Source: Camelus dromedarius
Taxonomy: Eukaryota
DNA: 64,000 nucleotides
Direction of reading: 5' to 3'
Assembly: GCF_036321535.1 (NCBI RefSeq)
Contig: NC_087437.1
Span: forward strand, 120,158,001 to 120,222,000
Below, piece by piece: positions 59,581 through 64,000 of this stretch. The position numbers were made by a program, and so were the translations under genes. A model generated the notes under the pieces. It saw nothing but the letters and a program-made list of their open reading frames with translations, was not told the origin of the DNA and did not search any database. Position 1 is the first letter of the stretch, and each line of letters starts with the position of its first letter.

Positions 59581-62054
59581 CTGGTCATCGCTCAGGGACA
59601 GCGAGGCCCGCTAACACGCACCCCTGTCTGCGTTTAGCTCACGGCCTGAGGAACGTGGCCGCCGCACCAGATGGAGACCAGGCCTCTGCTCCGAGACCCT
59701 TGGCCGCGTGGGCGTGCGGTGTCCCAACCTCCTCCGACTCCATGCCCCATCCGTTCCCCCCTCACCTGGCGGGGGTGGGCTGACACTAGAGAGGTGACGT
59801 CTCACTGCGTCCTGTGGCCTTTGGCCAACCCAGGCCCTGCTCAACTAAAGACATCCCTTCCTGCTCAAGGATTTACAGACCACCTAGCGGGGTGGCCCTG
59901 GCCAACAAGGCTGAGCAGTGACAGTGACAGCAATGGGGCTGGTCCTAATGACAGCTGAGCACTGACAGTAATACAGTGGGGTCGTGGCCGCTGGTGGCCA
60001 GGCACTAACAGTAGTAGGACTGGTCCTGATGGCTGCAGGGCCATCCACGCAGGGCAGTCACAGCAGGTGTGGTTGGAGGCAGTACATCACGCTGGTCCAC
60101 TCTGCCTCTTACACTAGAGGCAGTCCCTGGGGTGGGCCTGGCCATGGACACGGACCCACCCCCCGGGCTGTCTGGGAGGGGGCCGCACAGGCAGGAATCA
60201 GGGAACCTGAGGTCTTGGTTTGCCCGTATACGGCCACAGCCCAGTCCAAAGGCAGGAGAGGTGTCCCCAGCCTCTTCCAATCCTGGTCCAGCAAAGGGGA
60301 AGCACTGTGGGGTGGCAACCGGAGGAACCAACGACTTCCAAGTCGGACGTGTCAGGAACCTGTCTCGGGGCGGCGATGGAGATGAGTGGCTCTGCTCCCA
60401 GCGCGGCTACGGCCATGTGGGCATCTCAGTTCTAAGCACGAGCTCTTGAGAACACGTCACTTAGCCCCCGGAAAGCCAGGAGCTGCGCGTGCTCCCTCGG
60501 CGATGGAGGGCGGCTTCCTTCCACCCCGTCTCTGCTCCAGGGAAACTGGGCGGCACCCTTGGCCTGGCTTCATTCTCCTGCTCTGTGGCAAGTCCCCAGG
60601 GGGTCACTTCCTCGCCCCGATGCCCAGGCCCCCCTGCAGGGTGACTCGCTGGGGGGTTCGGCTGCTGGGAGCCCCTGCAGAGGTTGGGGGGTAGGAGGGA
60701 GGGGTAGGGCTTGGGGGCCGGGCCCCACGCGACCCTGGGTGGTCCCATCCCTGCTGCTGCCCCGGGGGCTTCCAGTCCGGGAACTCTCCTGAAAGTTCTC
60801 CCATCTGGTGGGATTCTGCTTGTTGCAGGGACATGGTAGAGGTGGCAGGGAGATGTCTGAGGTACCTGGTTGGCTGCGAAGTCGGAGACAGGCCCTAGGA
60901 GCTCAGGTAGGGGGTGGGGAGCGAGGTTGCAGGCGCACAGGGTGCAACGAGGGTGCCAGGGAGTGGCTTCTGGAAATGACAGGCAGGGTGGGTTGGCTGC
61001 AGCCTGGGCCAGTCGTGTGGCCCCCAGGACAAGAGAACATGCCACCAGGGGGGCTGGACCTCATGCAGGGCTCCTGAGCGGTGGTCCCCTAGGTGGTCCC
61101 AAAGGACTGGCAGTGAGGAGGAGGTGGAGGGGCGGGGACCGGGGCCAGGGAGAGAGAAAAGTAGGGGAGGCTGTGCGGTGGTCTTGGTGAGAAGTGTCCC
61201 TTTGCACAACTGCTGGGGGCACTGCTGACGAGGGTGTGAGGCCACTGCAGGAGGCTGGGCGGCAGAGAGGAAGGGGGACAGGGCTTGACTGGATGACACT
61301 GGGAAGGGGGCACTGAGAAAGCATCTCCATATTAGGGGACCCCTCCCGTGGGCTTGAGGTCTGTTCCCACTTGCCGGGGGGTGGCAGGAATCCAGGGCTG
61401 GCCTGACTCTCGGGTTGAGGTGCCTACCTCCTCCACGCATCTGCCACTCGGGGCCCCAAGCTGACCCTGAGGGGTAGGAGGGTCGAGAAAACCCATGGAA
61501 AGAAAACACTGCCAACGCCAGTTTCCTGAGTGTTGGGGGAGGAGAGCCTGTGACGGCAGGGGACCCCAGAAGGTGAGGCGGCATGCAGGTGGGAGGGGTC
61601 CAGGGCACCAGGTGCCAGAGGGGCGGTCAGGGGCCCCTCCTAGGCAAAGGAGGGGCCCCTGACCGCCCAGCGGATCCTTCTGGGGGCCTCCTACTGGCTG
61701 GCCACCGTGGACCCTGAGCTCAGGACCCTGAGCCCAGCGGATCCTCCGACAGCCGTGCGGCTCTCGGGGTGGGAGGCGGGGGGCAGAGAGGAGCAGGGGC
61801 AGCTAGGGAAGCACCCAGAAGGATTTATCTCAGCCCAGGGGCCACCCAGGTCGGTGGCCGAGCCCCTGCAGCCAGGCCGGGAGGCGGGTCCAGGTGTGTG
61901 GCCGCAGGCTGCGCTGGGCGTAGCAGGCCCAGGGGCGTCCGAGCCGCAGGGAGGAGCCTGGGAGCCTCCTGGGGCTGCCACAGGCTGGCCGGGGACTTCC
62001 GGGGTCTGGAAGGCCTTCTCCAAGGCCGTTTGTGTTCTGTTTACGATGACTCAC

Positions 62055-62515
62055 GGTGGCCAGCCAGTAGGAGGCCCCCAGAAGGCATGTCCGTGTCAAA
62101 TCCCCAGAACCCCTCCACGTGACCTCATTTGGGAAGGGTCTTTGCAGATTCAGTTACGAACCTCAGTGGGAGGCTGTCCTGGACGATCCAAACACACCCT
62201 AAACCCAAATTACCCAAAAGCCCTGAATCCCGTGGCGCGTGCTCTTACAGGAGACACACGGGGGCAGACACAGGGAAGAGGCGAAGCCCGCACGATGATG
62301 GCGGCAGAGATGGGGGGGGCGGCCACAAGCCAAGGGACGCCTGGAGCCCCCAGGATCTGGAAGAGGCAGGCAGGCTCCCCCCCGAAAGCTGCATAGGGGC
62401 GTGGTCCTGATGGCACCTTGACTGCAGACTTCCGGCCTCTAGGACCGTGAGAGAGTAAATTTCTGTTGGTTTAAGCCACCGTGTGTGATAATTTACTGGG
62501 GAAGCCGCAGGCGAC
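62055..62515 (+). mobile_element. MLT1C-like LTR
   Basis: GTGACCTCATTTGGGAAGGGTCTTTGCAGAT, GCCACAAGCCAAGGGACGCCTGG, TAAATTTCTGTTGGTTTAAGCCACC. Confidence 0.9.
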
Positions 62516-62824
62516 ATGGCCTATTTGGGGAAGATGAGAGCTGGAAAATGTATATTAACTTGTGGGGTGAGAATTTTCAGGCAAATTAATTCATTTTTCT
62601 TTCATCGGAAAACCAGAGCAAAAGCCAGACACGCGCAGGTTTCAGACAGATGCTGTATCTCAGAATATGTTGCAAATCAACGACAGCTGGGGGGCGGGGG
62701 GAGGCGCCCCGGCCCAGACGGAACGCCGCCCAGTGCTTCGCCTCTGCACCATCAGCAGGCTCCCTGCTGGACCTGCACGGCCGCCTGGGCTCCCCGCCAG
62801 CGGACGGGCGGCATGGAGGAGGCG

Positions 62825-63183
62825 GTGTCAGTGTGCTCCGCTGCTGTAACAAAACGCCACAGACTGGGGGCTCACACAACACACGTTTCTTCCCCTCCGT
62901 TCTGGGGAGTCTGCAATCAGGGTGCCTGCAGAGTTGTGCTCTGGTGAGTCCCCTCTTCCTGGCTTACAGACGGCCTTCTCCCTGTGTCCTCACTTGGCAG
63001 AGAGAGGACTCTGGTGTCTCTTCCTCTTCTTATAGAGACACTTATCCCGTCATGGGGGGCCCACCCTCATGACCTCACCCAAACCTCGTCTCCCCCCAAA
63101 GGCCCCATCTCCAAATACTATCACACTAGAGGTGAGGGTTTCAACATATGAATTTTGTGGGGGACACCATTCAGTCCACAGCA
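62825..63183 (-). mobile_element. MLT1A-like LTR
   Basis: GCTGCTGTAACAAAACGCCACAGACTGGG, CCCACCCTCATGACCTCA, CCAAAGGCCCCATCTCCAAATAC, CATTCAGTCCACAGCA. Confidence 0.92.
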
Positions 63184-63199
63184 GAGGGCGTGGCCCAGC

Positions 63200-63610
63200 C
63201 ACTAGGATGTTTTCTGGAAGAGGCATGCAACATATCTGCCTAAAATTTGTTGGCCAAAATTTAGGCACATAGCCACATCTAGCTGCAAGAGAAGATGGGG
63301 ACTATGCCCAGCTAACTGGGGTTGGGGGGTGATCCAGATTACAATGTGCTCAGATAAGAGTTGGGATTCAGACTTCTTCCACATGCTGCTCCTTCATACT
63401 GACCGTGCCACCTCATGGTCCAAAATGGCTGCTTGAGCGGCAGTCATCACCTCTGCATTCCAACCAAGAGGACATTCCTCACTTAGTCATAATGTAGTGT
63501 GGGGGATGTAGTCTTTCATCTGAAGGCAATGTACCCAGCTAAAAGTTGGGGTTCTAAATACTAAGGGAGGGGGATGGGAAGGATGTTCTTCATCCACCTT
63601 CCTGGTTGCC
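63200..63610 (-). mobile_element. MLT1J/K-like LTR fragments
   Basis: TGGCCAAAAT..CACATAGCCACATCTAGCTGCAAG, CCTCATGGTCCAAAATGGCTGCT, CCCAGCTAAAAGTTGGGG. Confidence 0.65.
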
Positions 63611-63910
63611 TCAGGAATCTCTTCCGGAGCTTGACATATAATAGTGCTGTCTGGTTCTGACATAATCTTCTCAGAATCCATCTCTGCTAAGTCTACACTG
63701 CAAGCATCTCAAGAGCAGGAGTCACAACTTTCTCTCTCCTGTTCCACGCAGAGTCTGGACTGCCAGCCAGCAAACAACAGGAATCATGGGCCTAGTGTTT
63801 GCTGAGCTGAGGCTGACTTGTACGCAGTGTGGAACCGGGAAGCAGAGGCCAGGGGTTGTCGTCTGACCTCAAGGTGACCTACCACCCTGTGCTAATGCCT
63901 GCCCTCTCCC

Positions 63911-63977
63911 CAGTTTCAGAGCTCCTCCTCCAATTCAGAGTCTCCAATTTCAGAGTCTCCTCTCATTTCAGAGTTTC
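63911..63977 (+). repeat. Short degenerate tandem repeat, four copies of a TTCAGAG(T)CTCC-like unit
   Basis: TTTCAGAGCTCC, ATTCAGAGTCTCC, TTTCAGAGTCTCC, TTTCAGAGTTTC. Confidence 0.75.
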
Positions 63978-64000
63978 ACGAGATCCCCTCAGCAGCCCAC

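Noticed and set aside
61042..61056. CTCF motif CCACCAGGGGGGCT
   Set aside because: An extra G displaces the invariant GGC of the core.

Overview
Mammalian, GC-rich, repeat-dense non-coding DNA (intergenic, or inside a large intron). It is most likely from a camelid: a tRNA-derived SINE of the vic-1 type lies at ~42.0-42.2 kb and several L1 3' ends are of cetartiodactyl type. I cannot support any protein-coding gene; the ORF track is what GC-rich DNA produces by chance. The window holds many MLT1/MaLR LTRs, L2 and MIR relics, MER5A and MER20 DNA transposons, and old and younger L1 fragments, including one with a clean 14-bp TSD and one twin-primed 5' inversion. There are also three ERV1-type solo LTRs, simple repeats and several unique enhancer-like patches (a perfect RFX X-box, octamers, CTCF-like motifs). 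The most unusual signal is that normally AT-rich, CpG-poor old L1/LTR relics have been rewritten AT->GC in sharply bounded tracts. The extreme case is a CpG-island-like segment at ~34.74-35.19 kb that stays colinear with an L1MC-type 3' end. In two independent L1 copies a CTCF-like CAGGGGGC core sits at the same L1 position. I infer localized GC-biased gene conversion creating new CpG islands and regulatory motifs. Repeat family names come from my recollection of consensus sequences, not from a search, and repeat boundaries are approximate unless a TSD is quoted.
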